From IMG/VR virus record IMGVR_UViG_3300042350_004191, positions 1-64,000 of that record: a stretch of 64,000 bases of DNA. The stretch is one strand, 5' to 3'. How positions within the stretch are numbered: position 1 is the first letter of the stretch; every line of letters begins with the position of its first letter. Below the pieces are notes generated by a model. That model did no database searches. It was given only the letters and a program-made list of their open reading frames with translations, and was not told the DNA's origin. Positions 1 through 9,596 of this stretch are shown in pieces. Both the position numbers and the translations under genes were made by a program.

Positions 1-129
1 TGTTTTCCTCTAAATTTAGGACTTGGAGATTCGTAATACTCTTGAACACGGCAAAAAGTCATAGCCCGATCATATTTGTTTTTTATGATCACTGCAAAAA
101 TGAGCGGTTTTACTTCTTTGATTTTGTAT

Positions 130-450
130 TTAATTTCCATTTTCTAAAAAATTTTCTTTATATATAAAACCAATTATATTATTTTTTGTTTTTATTTGAT
201 ACCAATTTCCAGATTGATTTAAAATGATAATTTCTGTATCATTTGCAAGTCTGGTTATAATTTTAGAAGTTGCAGAAGGTAATTGTCTTAAATTTGTCCA
301 ACCATCGGAATCATAAATGAATCCTTTTCTATAGTTTTCTTCTTTCAGATTTATTTCTCTCGTATAAAATGTATTATAAACTGTAACCGAAGCAGTAGCT
401 ATTGCTGCGATTCCAGTTAGTGTGGCTCCTATTTGTTGAAAACCATTCAT
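130..450 (-). CDS. Membrane-anchored SH3b-domain protein
   Basis: N-terminal hydrophobic helix followed by an SH3b-like motif (TNLRQLPS..KIITRL..GNWYQI..GFI). Confidence 0.7.
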   Translation of the reverse strand: MNGFQQIGATLTGIAAIATASVTVYNTFYTREINLKEENYRKGFIYDSDGWTNLRQLPSATSKIITRLANDTEIIILNQSGNWYQIKTKNNIIGFIYKENFLENGN

Positions 451-453
451 AAA

Positions 454-633
454 TTAAAGCCTATAACAATCTTTTAAAGGATGTTTTTGATGTATACTAT
501 CAATAGTAGCTCTATGATAAGCCCAACAAATAGGGCATTTATAAACTCTGAAATTTTTTTGTTTTGCTTTCTTTTTAGAATAATATCTTCTCTTTGTCGA
601 ACAGACTAAAATATCTCTATTGGTAAAAAGCAT
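454..633 (-). CDS. Small Zn-ribbon-like protein (59 aa, not in ORF track)
   Basis: Translated by hand: MLFTNRDILVCSTKRRY...YKCPICWAYH...; TTGACT and TAGAAT hexamers just upstream. Confidence 0.5.
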   Translation of the reverse strand: MLFTNRDILVCSTKRRYYSKKKAKQKNFRVYKCPICWAYHRATIDSIHQKHPLKDCYRL

Positions 634-682
634 GACATTATTATTCTACAAATAATAAGATAAGTCAAGAAAAATTTGAAAA

Positions 683-1144
683 TGGTGGAGGTGAGGAGAG
701 TTGAACTCCTGTCCAAATAATATAGGCTAAAAGGTCTACATGTTTGAGTATCTTTAGCATTTCAGCCACCATACGGTGACGGAGACTTTAGGCTGCATAG
801 TGACACTAACTGAGTTTATAGTCTGCCTGTAGACATTATCGCAAATCTACAAACGGAAGATTCTTTTTGTTACGTTGATACAGTCCACAGTTCAACAACC
901 TCTGCTTGTCAATACAACCTTAGAGGATCCGGTTGTAAAGTCTTTTAGGCTGCTAAGAGCATTTCTTCGTCAGCATATGAGGCAAGAACCTCATCGGCAT
1001 TGTTGAAAATGCTTTCGGCTTCAGCTAAAAGCTCAGAAGTATATTCTTCTGCATTTAGTTTTTTAATCGATTTTTTACGAGGCCATCGATTAACCTCGAC
1101 ATGCACTTTTAGTTTCAACTATCTGTCGAAACCAGTACACCCCC
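683..1144 (-). ncRNA. ssrA: tmRNA
   Basis: 5' GGGGGTGTACTGGTTTCGAC; 3' T-arm GGAGTTCAACTCTCC then CACCTCCACCA with a G3.U pair. Tag ORF 1052-945 reads AEEYTSELLAEAESIFNNADEVLASYADEEMLLAA*. Confidence 0.95.
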
Positions 1145-1267
1145 AAAATTTCAAAGAACTACCCGATTTTGTATGGTTCACTGACTGCAAACTTATGGAT
1201 CATCGGGAACCATCCCAAATCTAATATATAATAATTTACCAAAAATTACATACAATGTCAAATAAAA

Positions 1268-1340
1268 TCGAGCATGGAAGACTCGAACTTCCGGTATCTT
1301 GCTCCCAAAGCAAGTGCCATTGCCGCTAGGCGAATGCTCG
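1268..1340 (-). tRNA. tRNA-Pro(UGG)
   Basis: Cloverleaf; anticodon arm CTTGC-TTTGGGA-GCAAG; T-loop GTTCGAG; CCA not encoded. Confidence 0.93.
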
Positions 1341-1342
1341 TT

Positions 1343-1834
1343 TTATAAAAATTCGTCAGAATTTTTTTTATAATACTCCAAACCTTTGTTTATTAAAGCT
1401 TTTTTTGCTGCTTCAATAACGTCTGGTTTATCTTCCAATTCATTGATTTTAAGCTGACCTTGCCAAAAATCATAAACATATTTTTCTTCTTCGGTTTCTA
1501 CTCCTGAAGAATTTTTAGTTTTTACCATTTCAGGTATTTGAATAGATATGTTTTTAATTTTTATATCTGGATTATCTCCAGCAAATTCACCACCAGGATA
1601 AGTTTGAACTCTACCACGACCTTCAAAATAATCATATTCAGGTTCTTCATAAGTCACATCAGGTGTAATATCAAGTTCACCCGAAACAATATATGTTTGT
1701 CCGTTTATATCTAAAGAAATAAAATCAGGTAATGGATCAGATGTATAACCAATCTCAAGGAATTTACCACGTTCTTCTTTAAGAAGAATTTTTGAATATG
1801 CTTCAGCTAAAAATTTAGAATCTTTGTCTTTCAT
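1343..1834 (-). CDS. Hypothetical protein with shared N-terminal leader (MKDKDSKFLAEAY..LLKE)
   Basis: ORF; TAAATA 7 nt upstream of ATG. Confidence 0.7.
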   Translation of the reverse strand: MKDKDSKFLAEAYSKILLKEERGKFLEIGYTSDPLPDFISLDINGQTYIVSGELDITPDVTYEEPEYDYFEGRGRVQTYPGGEFAGDNPDIKIKNISIQIPEMVKTKNSSGVETEEEKYVYDFWQGQLKINELEDKPDVIEAAKKALINKGLEYYKKNSDEFL

Positions 1835-1848
1835 TATACATTATTTAC

Positions 1849-2343
1849 TCAGTAAGGTACGCCAAATGCTTCGCAAAGTAATTGAACAGCGTCTTTGTCT
1901 ACCTTATCGTCTGATTGAACAACATCCGTATAAACACCAGAACCATAATCTCCATATGGGTCACTAGCTTCGATATCCGCTGTAATCGTAGGTGTTGGAG
2001 CTTTTACTGTAGTTTTATCTTCGTTTACAGTTTTAATCTTATTCAGAATAAGAGTTAATAGTTGAAGGTTTGAAAAGTCTGAGTTTGTATTTTGTACAAA
2101 TTCAGTAATTTCTTCTTTCGAAAATTTGCCTCTTAATGCTGAAAAGGGATCTTGGTATTGACCGAATACAAAATGAGGAAGATATCTTACAGCAAGCATT
2201 GCACTGTCTTTAATAACATGAAATGCAGAAGCATTTTGAATAGTTACTCCTGTAGCAGGATTAATGCTGGCTTTCTTAGCCGCATTATAAAGCTTGGCTT
2301 CTCTTACTGAACTGTTTGTTAATATTTTTTCAATAAACTTCAT
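1849..2343 (-). CDS. Hypothetical protein
   Basis: 164-aa ORF within a minus-strand operon. Confidence 0.65.
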   Translation of the reverse strand: MKFIEKILTNSSVREAKLYNAAKKASINPATGVTIQNASAFHVIKDSAMLAVRYLPHFVFGQYQDPFSALRGKFSKEEITEFVQNTNSDFSNLQLLTLILNKIKTVNEDKTTVKAPTPTITADIEASDPYGDYGSGVYTDVVQSDDKVDKDAVQLLCEAFGVPY

Positions 2344-2542
2344 TTGTTTCTAAAAACTTTTGATATAATTTTTCAAGATCACGAATGTCGTTTTCTGCTT
2401 CCGTCATTTCTTTTAAAAGACTTTCACATTTTGATTTATCACACGTATTGTATAAATCTAATACTTCGTCTTTCAAGTCTTGTATTTGTAGTTCAATTTC
2501 GCTTAGTTCTTTTAAATCTTTGTATACTTCATTTTCCATCAA
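2330..2542 (-). CDS. Small acidic coiled-coil protein
   Basis: ORF overlapping its neighbours in the operon. Confidence 0.55.
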   Translation of the reverse strand: MMENEVYKDLKELSEIELQIQDLKDEVLDLYNTCDKSKCESLLKEMTEAENDIRDLEKLYQKFLETNEVY

Positions 2543-2721
2543 TACCTAATTACTGTTTTTTGTCCAGTTTCAAGGTTAGTGATTTTATATGTTAGTTTTT
2601 GGCTTGGGAAATACCGATCATATTTGGAACGATATGACAAGATTTTCTCATGAGATTTGAAAGGTGACAACATCACTTCATAGAAATCGTTGTCATTAAT
2701 TTTTCTTTCGAGTTTAAACAT
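2539..2721 (-). CDS. Hypothetical protein
   Basis: ORF coupled to neighbours. Confidence 0.5.
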   Translation of the reverse strand: MFKLERKINDNDFYEVMLSPFKSHEKILSYRSKYDRYFPSQKLTYKITNLETGQKTVIRY

Positions 2722-2725
2722 ACGA

Positions 2726-3805
2726 TTAAACTTTAAGTGTTTTACCGAGCATTGAAACTACTGCTCTTTTGTTTGTAACCAAAACTGTTTCAACCGAAAA
2801 GTCTTGCTCTTTCTTTGAATAATTTACGATTGAGAATGCATTTTGCCAGTTAGCTGCTGATGCATATAATGGTTGAAGATTACAAGCACATCCATTTTCA
2901 AACACACGAATAATCTTTTCTTTTTGTGTGCCTATGGAGGGGATTCTTTGTGGAGTCATACCAATACGATGTGTATGATTACACATAATAGAAGTAAACC
3001 ATTTTTCAAACAACCCTCTAGCTGAATAACCACCATGTCTTCTGACTACATCACCATGCATGATAACGAAACCTTCAACAATTTCAAGGTAATCAACCAG
3101 CTTTGTCTTATTCCATTCTGCTTGAGGATAGAAAATAGATTGGTATGAAAGTTTTTCTTGGATCTCTGGGAGAACACCCAATTCACCGATACGATCTGAA
3201 AGATAACGCCACCATCTTCCTTCTACACCATCACCAGAATGGTTTGCATTTGTTTCATAAATTTCTGCTCCATAAGAAGCAGTAATTTCGTGAAGTAGAT
3301 ATAAGAACTTGTGGAACTCTTCTCTTTCTTTGAGCAAAGAAGTGTTATAGCGAATATCTTTAGAATATCTGCTAATAGCAAACATGTCTAAAATATCACC
3401 ATTTAGCACAATTGTTGATGGTTTAATTTCATCTACTGCTTGTAAGAATATGTTCAACACATCCCAATCTTCACTGCCAAAGTGAATATCGCCTATTACT
3501 AAAGCATAAGGATTAGCCTCTCTTGTAACTTCTTGACGAATAGGTTTATTAAATTCGATTGGGGCTAATTGTAAAATAAAATCTACCAACTCTTCTTTAT
3601 CTTCAGATGGTATATGAGAGGATGGTTTTTTATAGGGAGTTGGACTATTACTAATTGCTACGTTTTCATTTCTCTTACGATCCATTACCCAATCCCAAAC
3701 TGTTGAGGGTTTTGATCCGAGGATTTCTGCGATTTGTCTGAAGCTAAAACCCTGAGACTTTAACTCCTTTGCTTTTTGGATGTTATTATTTAACATATAC
3801 TCCAA
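2726..3805 (-). CDS. N-terminal HTH plus calcineurin-like metallophosphoesterase
   Basis: FSFRQIAEILGSKPSTVWDW HTH; GDIHFG, NGDILD, ANH, HGD and HTHR motifs. Confidence 0.85.
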   Translation of the reverse strand: MEYMLNNNIQKAKELKSQGFSFRQIAEILGSKPSTVWDWVMDRKRNENVAISNSPTPYKKPSSHIPSEDKEELVDFILQLAPIEFNKPIRQEVTREANPYALVIGDIHFGSEDWDVLNIFLQAVDEIKPSTIVLNGDILDMFAISRYSKDIRYNTSLLKEREEFHKFLYLLHEITASYGAEIYETNANHSGDGVEGRWWRYLSDRIGELGVLPEIQEKLSYQSIFYPQAEWNKTKLVDYLEIVEGFVIMHGDVVRRHGGYSARGLFEKWFTSIMCNHTHRIGMTPQRIPSIGTQKEKIIRVFENGCACNLQPLYASAANWQNAFSIVNYSKKEQDFSVETVLVTNKRAVVSMLGKTLKV

Positions 3806-3842
3806 ATTTACACTAAACCACGTATAAGGTCAAGTTTTATTT

Positions 3843-4484
3843 TTAGATCTCGACTATATCTAATTTGGCCGTCCAGTTATAGGGTGAACCTGTAGAACCA
3901 CCTTTAACATTAATTTTTAAAGTTTTTCCAGTATTCGTATCATCGGCTTCAATAAAAGCATCAGTATTTAAGTCTTCTCTAGAATGAATCATCTTTGTAG
4001 GTATGCCTACAATACTAACTGTACCTGTAGAATTTCTTTTAATCAATCCTGTAAATTCGATATTTGTAGAATAATTTGAAATATTGTTAACTCCAATAAT
4101 AAAAACTTTAAAGAACCAAGACTTTCCTAAAGACATTGTTAAATAAGAAACAGCATTAATATCAGGAACTAATGGAGTATAAAAGGAATCATTTATTGTT
4201 GTTGCTTTATATATAAAAGTACCTGAACGATTGTTATTTGTACCTAATAAAAAGGGAGCATCCGCGCTTAAAGTTTTTAATACAGTTAAAACACCAGTGT
4301 AATAGCCATCTTTAAAGTTCATAGCTAAAGAACTTACGGACACTTTAAAAGTATCGGGAAATGCTTGTCCGGGACTATTTATGTCAAAAAAGTTTGCAGG
4401 TAATATACATGTTTGCCAATTTGGATCAAATTGAGCCTTTACATAAGGTGTCAGTTCGCTAATTCTTTTAGATGTCGTTGCCAT
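3843..4484 (-). CDS. Probable virion/fibre-associated protein
   Basis: KRISEL N-terminal motif; beta-rich C-terminus; TATAAATA upstream. Confidence 0.55.
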   Translation of the reverse strand: MATTSKRISELTPYVKAQFDPNWQTCILPANFFDINSPGQAFPDTFKVSVSSLAMNFKDGYYTGVLTVLKTLSADAPFLLGTNNNRSGTFIYKATTINDSFYTPLVPDINAVSYLTMSLGKSWFFKVFIIGVNNISNYSTNIEFTGLIKRNSTGTVSIVGIPTKMIHSREDLNTDAFIEADDTNTGKTLKINVKGGSTGSPYNWTAKLDIVEI

Positions 4485-4499
4485 TACAATGTATTTATA

Positions 4500-4928
4500 T
4501 TACTTGGTAGGTTTACCGTGATAATATCTTTCCAAATAAGTTATTCTTTCAGTTATACCATCTACATCTTTTTGTGTATTATTAATTTGATTGTTTAACC
4601 CTTTGAACTGTTCAGAAAACATTATTTGTTGGGATATTATTGTTTCAAGTTTAGTATTTGCGACTTCAAAACCATTTTTATATAAAGCCTCTTGTCTTTC
4701 AATAACTTTTTCAAAAATTTCTTTTTTAACGTAATTTTCAGATAACCAAGAAGTATAATAACCTATACCTAAAAAGACAAAAGCCGCTATAAGGGGTTTA
4801 ACGAATAAGTTAATAAATGAGCGATGTTTATGTTCAAACGATGATATTCTATCAAAAAAATCAGAAGATTGTTCATCATCATAGCCACGGCGACCATAGA
4901 CTTCTTGTTGTTCAGCTTTATTACTCAT
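4500..4928 (-). CDS. Single-TM coiled-coil membrane protein (possible lysis accessory)
   Basis: TM segment LIAAFVFLGIGYY followed by heptad-rich region. Confidence 0.55.
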   Translation of the reverse strand: MSNKAEQQEVYGRRGYDDEQSSDFFDRISSFEHKHRSFINLFVKPLIAAFVFLGIGYYTSWLSENYVKKEIFEKVIERQEALYKNGFEVANTKLETIISQQIMFSEQFKGLNNQINNTQKDVDGITERITYLERYYHGKPTK

Positions 4929-4995
4929 AATATCGACAATAATACTTATTGTCTATCGAACCAAAAAATTTTAAAATTAAATATAAAATATTTAA

Positions 4996-5139
4996 TTAAA
5001 AGAGTTTAGATGCAATTTTTTTGAAAAAGTCTACTAAAAAATTATCTTTCTTAATTACGGGTTGTTCAACAACAACTTTTTTAGCTGTTGTTTTTTTAGA
5101 TTTATTCTTTTTAGTAGTAATTTTAGTTTGTTTTTTCAT
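4996..5139 (-). CDS. Small basic peptide with amphipathic C-terminus (47 aa, not in ORF track)
   Basis: MKKQTKITTKKNKSKKTTAKKVVVEQPVIKKDNFLVDFFKKIASKLF*. Confidence 0.55.
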   Translation of the reverse strand: MKKQTKITTKKNKSKKTTAKKVVVEQPVIKKDNFLVDFFKKIASKLF

Positions 5140-5145
5140 ATTATT

Positions 5146-5286
5146 CTATTTATTCTTTTTAAACCAATTTTTTATTGTATTAAAGATGTTTTTAGCTTTT
5201 TTGGCTTTTTTCTTTTTAACCATAACAACCTCTTCCACGATCTCTACAGACTGATCTCTATAATTTCTTCTGTTGCTATATTTCAT
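5146..5286 (-). CDS. Small basic peptide with amphipathic C-terminus (46 aa, not in ORF track)
   Basis: MKYSNRRNYRDQSVEIVEEVVMVKKKKAKKAKNIFNTIKNWFKKNK*. Confidence 0.55.
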   Translation of the reverse strand: MKYSNRRNYRDQSVEIVEEVVMVKKKKAKKAKNIFNTIKNWFKKNK

Positions 5287-5289
5287 ATA

Positions 5290-6129
5290 TTAATGTTGAT
5301 ATTTAGCATGTCCTTCTCTTTTTTTAAAGATTTTTTTGATAGTCTTAACAGGAGAAAAGACTTCTTCTGGTTGTTCTATAATATCTTCTTTATCAAATCT
5401 TCTATTAGCTGCTATGTTATATGCTAAAATTAATGCTATAGCCAAAGGATCAAATACAATTATAATTGCTATAGTAAACCATTTAACAACCGTATTAATA
5501 TCTGTGTTAAATAATTCGGCTGCATATTTTAATGTTCCAATATCTTTTTGTTTTCCACTTTGTTTCTGTGCTTCAATGGTTTGTAAATCGAGAGTTTTTA
5601 TCTCGTCAAATATTTGGTTCATTCTTGTGCGGGTTTGTGTTATTTCTTCACCCGCTGCTTTAATGTCTTCATAAATAGGTGCAGCCGACCTACGTGACAT
5701 ACTTGGAAGTCTTTTTTCTTGTGATATACGAGATTGGTTTAATGTTTCTACTCTAGAATTTAAAGATTCTAATTCTTTTTCGAGTATCGCTTTTTGCGAT
5801 ATCAAAAATGTTTGTTGTGATTCTGCTTGAGAATATTCTATTAAACTAGTCTGATAAGCTGCTGTCAAATAACCAAATATACCCATAGATGTTATTCCCA
5901 TCAGGGTTAAAATAGCAACGAGTGTGTAAGTCTTAAGTAAAAGATTGGTCTTGTGCCAATATCTATAAAGAAAGCTTGTGGCGACTATCTTACCAGCTTC
6001 TAAAGCACCAGCCATGATTAATACAGATATATAAGCTCCTGCATATAGAGTAGCTATACCCTTAACAGAAAAATAAGCCGCTACACCAGCAATAATGAAT
6101 GCTGTTAAGGCTAAAATTTTGATAAACAT
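5290..6129 (-). CDS. Multi-TM membrane protein with coiled coil
   Basis: Three N-terminal TM helices, a coiled coil, and a C-terminal TM with VFDPLAI. Confidence 0.75.
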   Translation of the reverse strand: MFIKILALTAFIIAGVAAYFSVKGIATLYAGAYISVLIMAGALEAGKIVATSFLYRYWHKTNLLLKTYTLVAILTLMGITSMGIFGYLTAAYQTSLIEYSQAESQQTFLISQKAILEKELESLNSRVETLNQSRISQEKRLPSMSRRSAAPIYEDIKAAGEEITQTRTRMNQIFDEIKTLDLQTIEAQKQSGKQKDIGTLKYAAELFNTDINTVVKWFTIAIIIVFDPLAIALILAYNIAANRRFDKEDIIEQPEEVFSPVKTIKKIFKKREGHAKYQH

Positions 6130-6157
6130 AACTATTTAATATTTATCAAAAAGTAAA

Positions 6158-7750
6158 TTATCTACTAATCTCTTCCCAATCCATTGAACCAAAGACATTT
6201 GTAGTATCACTATCAGAAGCTACAACCAAACTCAATTCATAGAAAGTATTGTTTAAAGAATTTCTTTCAAGTTGAAATTTGAATAGGGCTTCTTTTAAGA
6301 TATCTACTTGTGTAGAACCTTGATTTGATGTTGTAAAATACCCACTTGCTAAAGTTCTTCCACCAGTAATAGCTGTTGCATCAAGTTTATATTGTACAGC
6401 AGAATCATCTCCAGCACTCACCCATGTTCCACTTCCACCAGAAGTTACTCCGCTTGCTATAACTTTCCAATTATAATAACCAGCAGATTTGGCAAGTACA
6501 GATAATGCCGTTAAGATAACAATAGCATCTTGTTTATCAGCTTTAAGCCTCATTGTTACAACAGGATAAAAAACACCTTTAGAAGTTAATGCTTTTGGAG
6601 TTTCAATCAATGTGCCTACAGCTTGTTGCAACCCTCTAAGTTCATAACCACCTTCTGATATTACAGTAGAACATACTTGTTTTAATGTTTTAGTACCACC
6701 TGTTGTGGTTGTTTTATTAACAATCTCATATCTAAGAGGTAAGGAAGCTGTGGTGATATAAGTTGAAGCAATTCTGTTAGCATGGTGGAATGAATGACAA
6801 ACAATAAATTTACCATCGATAACAAACCCAGTTCTTACCGTTCCTAAACCAAGCCATTCAATATCCATCCACAAAATTTGTGCTTTTGTAATATCTAAAG
6901 TAAATCCAGAAGGTCCAGTTCCGTTTAATTTGTCACCATTCCAAGCTGATACAGGTACTATAATTTCTGAAGAAGGAGAACCATTTACTAATGTTCTTTC
7001 AACAAAACTCATTACACCATCATCTAGTTGAAAATAGATACCATTATCTTGTCCAAAATACCCAACTCTCTGTCTTAAATTTGCAGTAGAAGGAGCCATG
7101 ACAAAGGTGTTCATGACTAATAACGATTTGCCGGGTTGATAGGAAAACACTTTTGTTGTTTCTCTTATCGCACTTGCTCCTGTTGTATTGGTAACATTTA
7201 ATTCCATCAATCCCTGTGATACATTGAATGAAACCGAACCTCCATTTGCGGATAGTGTAGACCATAAATTATTATCTCTATAACGATGTGAAGAATCAAA
7301 TAAAGTCATGGGAGAAGATGTTCTCAATCTTCCAAAAGCATCAAGCTGTGTTGGTTCTGGTGTTGTTATACTTGTTACGGTATTTGTAACTTTAACATTT
7401 AAAGAAGATGTTGGTGCAAAAACTGTAGCAAAATTTCCATCTTTATCACCAATGGTAATATCATCAACAGAAGATTCTAAATCTTGGGATATTACCCTTA
7501 AAGCATTTAAACCACTACCAGCATCTACAACATCCACTCTTAAATTGGAATTATGATCTTTTAGTTCTACGGCACCGATGCTAACATCTTTAGCAGAAAG
7601 AGTTACAGTAAAATCATCAAAATTTGTAACATAAGATGCTTGTGCAAATAATTTTCTGTTTGCATTATTTTCAACTTCCAACCAAGAATTATTATAACCT
7701 ATATTACAATTGGGCGGTATAGAAGAAACACTATTTATTAGATTATACAT
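6158..7750 (-). CDS. Beta-rich probable structural protein
   Basis: DAFGRLRTSSPMTLFDS and YQPGKS motifs recalled from aquatic phage proteins; TAAGTA upstream. Confidence 0.65.
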   Translation of the reverse strand: MYNLINSVSSIPPNCNIGYNNSWLEVENNANRKLFAQASYVTNFDDFTVTLSAKDVSIGAVELKDHNSNLRVDVVDAGSGLNALRVISQDLESSVDDITIGDKDGNFATVFAPTSSLNVKVTNTVTSITTPEPTQLDAFGRLRTSSPMTLFDSSHRYRDNNLWSTLSANGGSVSFNVSQGLMELNVTNTTGASAIRETTKVFSYQPGKSLLVMNTFVMAPSTANLRQRVGYFGQDNGIYFQLDDGVMSFVERTLVNGSPSSEIIVPVSAWNGDKLNGTGPSGFTLDITKAQILWMDIEWLGLGTVRTGFVIDGKFIVCHSFHHANRIASTYITTASLPLRYEIVNKTTTTGGTKTLKQVCSTVISEGGYELRGLQQAVGTLIETPKALTSKGVFYPVVTMRLKADKQDAIVILTALSVLAKSAGYYNWKVIASGVTSGGSGTWVSAGDDSAVQYKLDATAITGGRTLASGYFTTSNQGSTQVDILKEALFKFQLERNSLNNTFYELSLVVASDSDTTNVFGSMDWEEISR

Positions 7751-7775
7751 TCTAATAAATACTTATCTTTTTTTA

Positions 7776-8912
7776 TTAGTGAATAATCAAATATGTTCCT
7801 CGAACATCTCGTCTACTAGCAGACAAGTCAGATTCACCGGGTAAAACAATAACGTTATACTGTCCAGCATCACCTTTAGGAGTGTCTTTTAGTTCGTCAA
7901 TTGTTAATAAAGTTTTTGGATCAATATTATATTTTTGAGAAATAATGCTTTTTGTTGCATCAACATTATTATATTTCCATTTTTTATCGTCACCTATTTC
8001 AATATATTTGAAACGAGTAATTGCATAAAGTTCTGGTTCTTTTACTTTGTCCTCAACATTTACTATGTACGAAACTTTATCTTTTTTAGGATCGATTAAT
8101 TTTTCTTGTTCTTTTCTTGCACCATATGAGAAATTAAAAATAACATTTTCTGGTGGATTTGGAAAAGCTTTGGTCATCTCTACTTCTTTTGTATAAATGT
8201 AATGATCAACCATGGGCGTGTTCTTTACAATATCCATGACGATATTAAAGAATTTTGGAGATAATAAATCGCCAGAATCATTCCAACGAATTTGTACTCT
8301 TTTGTTTCTATGTTTTACGGCGGCTAATTTTATTTCTGCTTCCAATTGACCTTGAAAACTTTCAGGATCATTGAACAAATAATTTAGTGTTCTGTTTTGA
8401 AACATAGAAACTTCTGGAAAGAGTGTATAAGATCCATGTTTTGCATAACAAACTAATTGACATGCACCAGCGGATGGACATGTATCTACAATTTTGAATT
8501 CTCCAGTATCCTCATCTATTACCAAACCTTTTAATGCTGGTAAAGTAGTATTATAAAATACTGTATCTTCAGTAGAACTCTTTTTCATTTTTGCGTTTTG
8601 GCGCAAGAGTTCTTCGGGTCTTTTAGTTAAAATATTTTTAAAAGCATCCAGATCTACAGTTTCTCCGCTTGGTGTTTGGACCAAGACTCTTTGTGCAATA
8701 GAAGCATGAATATGAGGCATATGCAAGTAATCTTGCTTCTGTGTTTTAGGGTCTACTTTTTTGACTCTTTTCTTTTCGACTACTCTATTGATATAATCAA
8801 CAAGTTTTTGGGAATCGATGGGTCTTGTTGTTCCCATTGAAGAATCGAAGGCTTCTCCAAGACGAACACCCTCATACAAACCTTCCAGTAAAATTTGATC
8901 TTTTGAACGCAT
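7776..8912 (-). CDS. GP88-like Cys-motif (Fe-S/radical-SAM-like) protein with shared N-terminal leader
   Basis: CPSAGACQLVCYA, RWNDSGD and YIYTK motifs; N-terminus MRSKDQILLEGLY. Confidence 0.7.
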   Translation of the reverse strand: MRSKDQILLEGLYEGVRLGEAFDSSMGTTRPIDSQKLVDYINRVVEKKRVKKVDPKTQKQDYLHMPHIHASIAQRVLVQTPSGETVDLDAFKNILTKRPEELLRQNAKMKKSSTEDTVFYNTTLPALKGLVIDEDTGEFKIVDTCPSAGACQLVCYAKHGSYTLFPEVSMFQNRTLNYLFNDPESFQGQLEAEIKLAAVKHRNKRVQIRWNDSGDLLSPKFFNIVMDIVKNTPMVDHYIYTKEVEMTKAFPNPPENVIFNFSYGARKEQEKLIDPKKDKVSYIVNVEDKVKEPELYAITRFKYIEIGDDKKWKYNNVDATKSIISQKYNIDPKTLLTIDELKDTPKGDAGQYNVIVLPGESDLSASRRDVRGTYLIIH

Positions 8913-8936
8913 ATATTATATATTTACCGTAAATGC

Positions 8937-9176
8937 TTACTTAACAAACACTTTAACGTGTGGGTGTATTGTCAAATAAGTTATAGCGTCTTCGTATGTC
9001 CTAAATTCTTTTACAACTTCTTTTTCGTAGGTTGCATAAAATTTAAAAGTTTCTGTTTTTAAGTTTTTTGCTTTTAGGTTTTCTGTTTTTAAGTTTTGCA
9101 TAACTGCATCAATTGCTTTTTTAATATTAGCATCTGATGTAGGATCATTCTTCAAGTTTTCGGTGGAAGTATACAT
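8937..9176 (-). CDS. Hypothetical protein
   Basis: ORF with TAAATA upstream. Confidence 0.55.
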   Translation of the reverse strand: MYTSTENLKNDPTSDANIKKAIDAVMQNLKTENLKAKNLKTETFKFYATYEKEVVKEFRTYEDAITYLTIHPHVKVFVK

Positions 9177-9194
9177 GATATATGTATTTATGAT

Positions 9195-9593
9195 TTAATA
9201 GTTCTCTTTGATCCATTTAATGACTCTATTCTTGTACTTTTTAGAATAGTAGAATTCATAATGACCAAACAGCTTTCTCATTCCACAAGCGTCCCAGTTT
9301 TTCTTTGCCCACCATTCAACCCAATTTTCGGCTTCAAATATTAATTCGGCTGGATAGTTATAACTGTCATGGAATTCTTTAAAAACTCCATTACGGATAC
9401 AATAAACGTGTCCTAGTTCATGAAAAACTGTTTCAGCTAAACGTTTTTTGGTAATCTTTTTATTTATGAAGATCTTTTTGCCTGTAGTGGCGCATTGACC
9501 ATCAAATTCTTTGGTAAAAGTATTAAAACCAACTTTGACGTTATAAGCCTTACACAGTTCTCGTAAAAACTTGTAAGTTTCTTTTTTTGTCAT
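9195..9593 (-). CDS. Zincin-like (ImmA/IrrE-type) metallopeptidase
   Basis: TVFHELGH motif with a downstream Glu-bearing helix (EAENW). Confidence 0.65.
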   Translation of the reverse strand: MTKKETYKFLRELCKAYNVKVGFNTFTKEFDGQCATTGKKIFINKKITKKRLAETVFHELGHVYCIRNGVFKEFHDSYNYPAELIFEAENWVEWWAKKNWDACGMRKLFGHYEFYYSKKYKNRVIKWIKENY

Positions 9594-9596
9594 AAC

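Noticed and set aside
1000-1224. 74-aa plus-strand ORF
   Set aside because: Antisense to the tmRNA
5021-5427. Hydrophobic Phe/Leu-rich plus-strand ORFs
   Set aside because: Reverse complement of Lys-rich minus-strand genes
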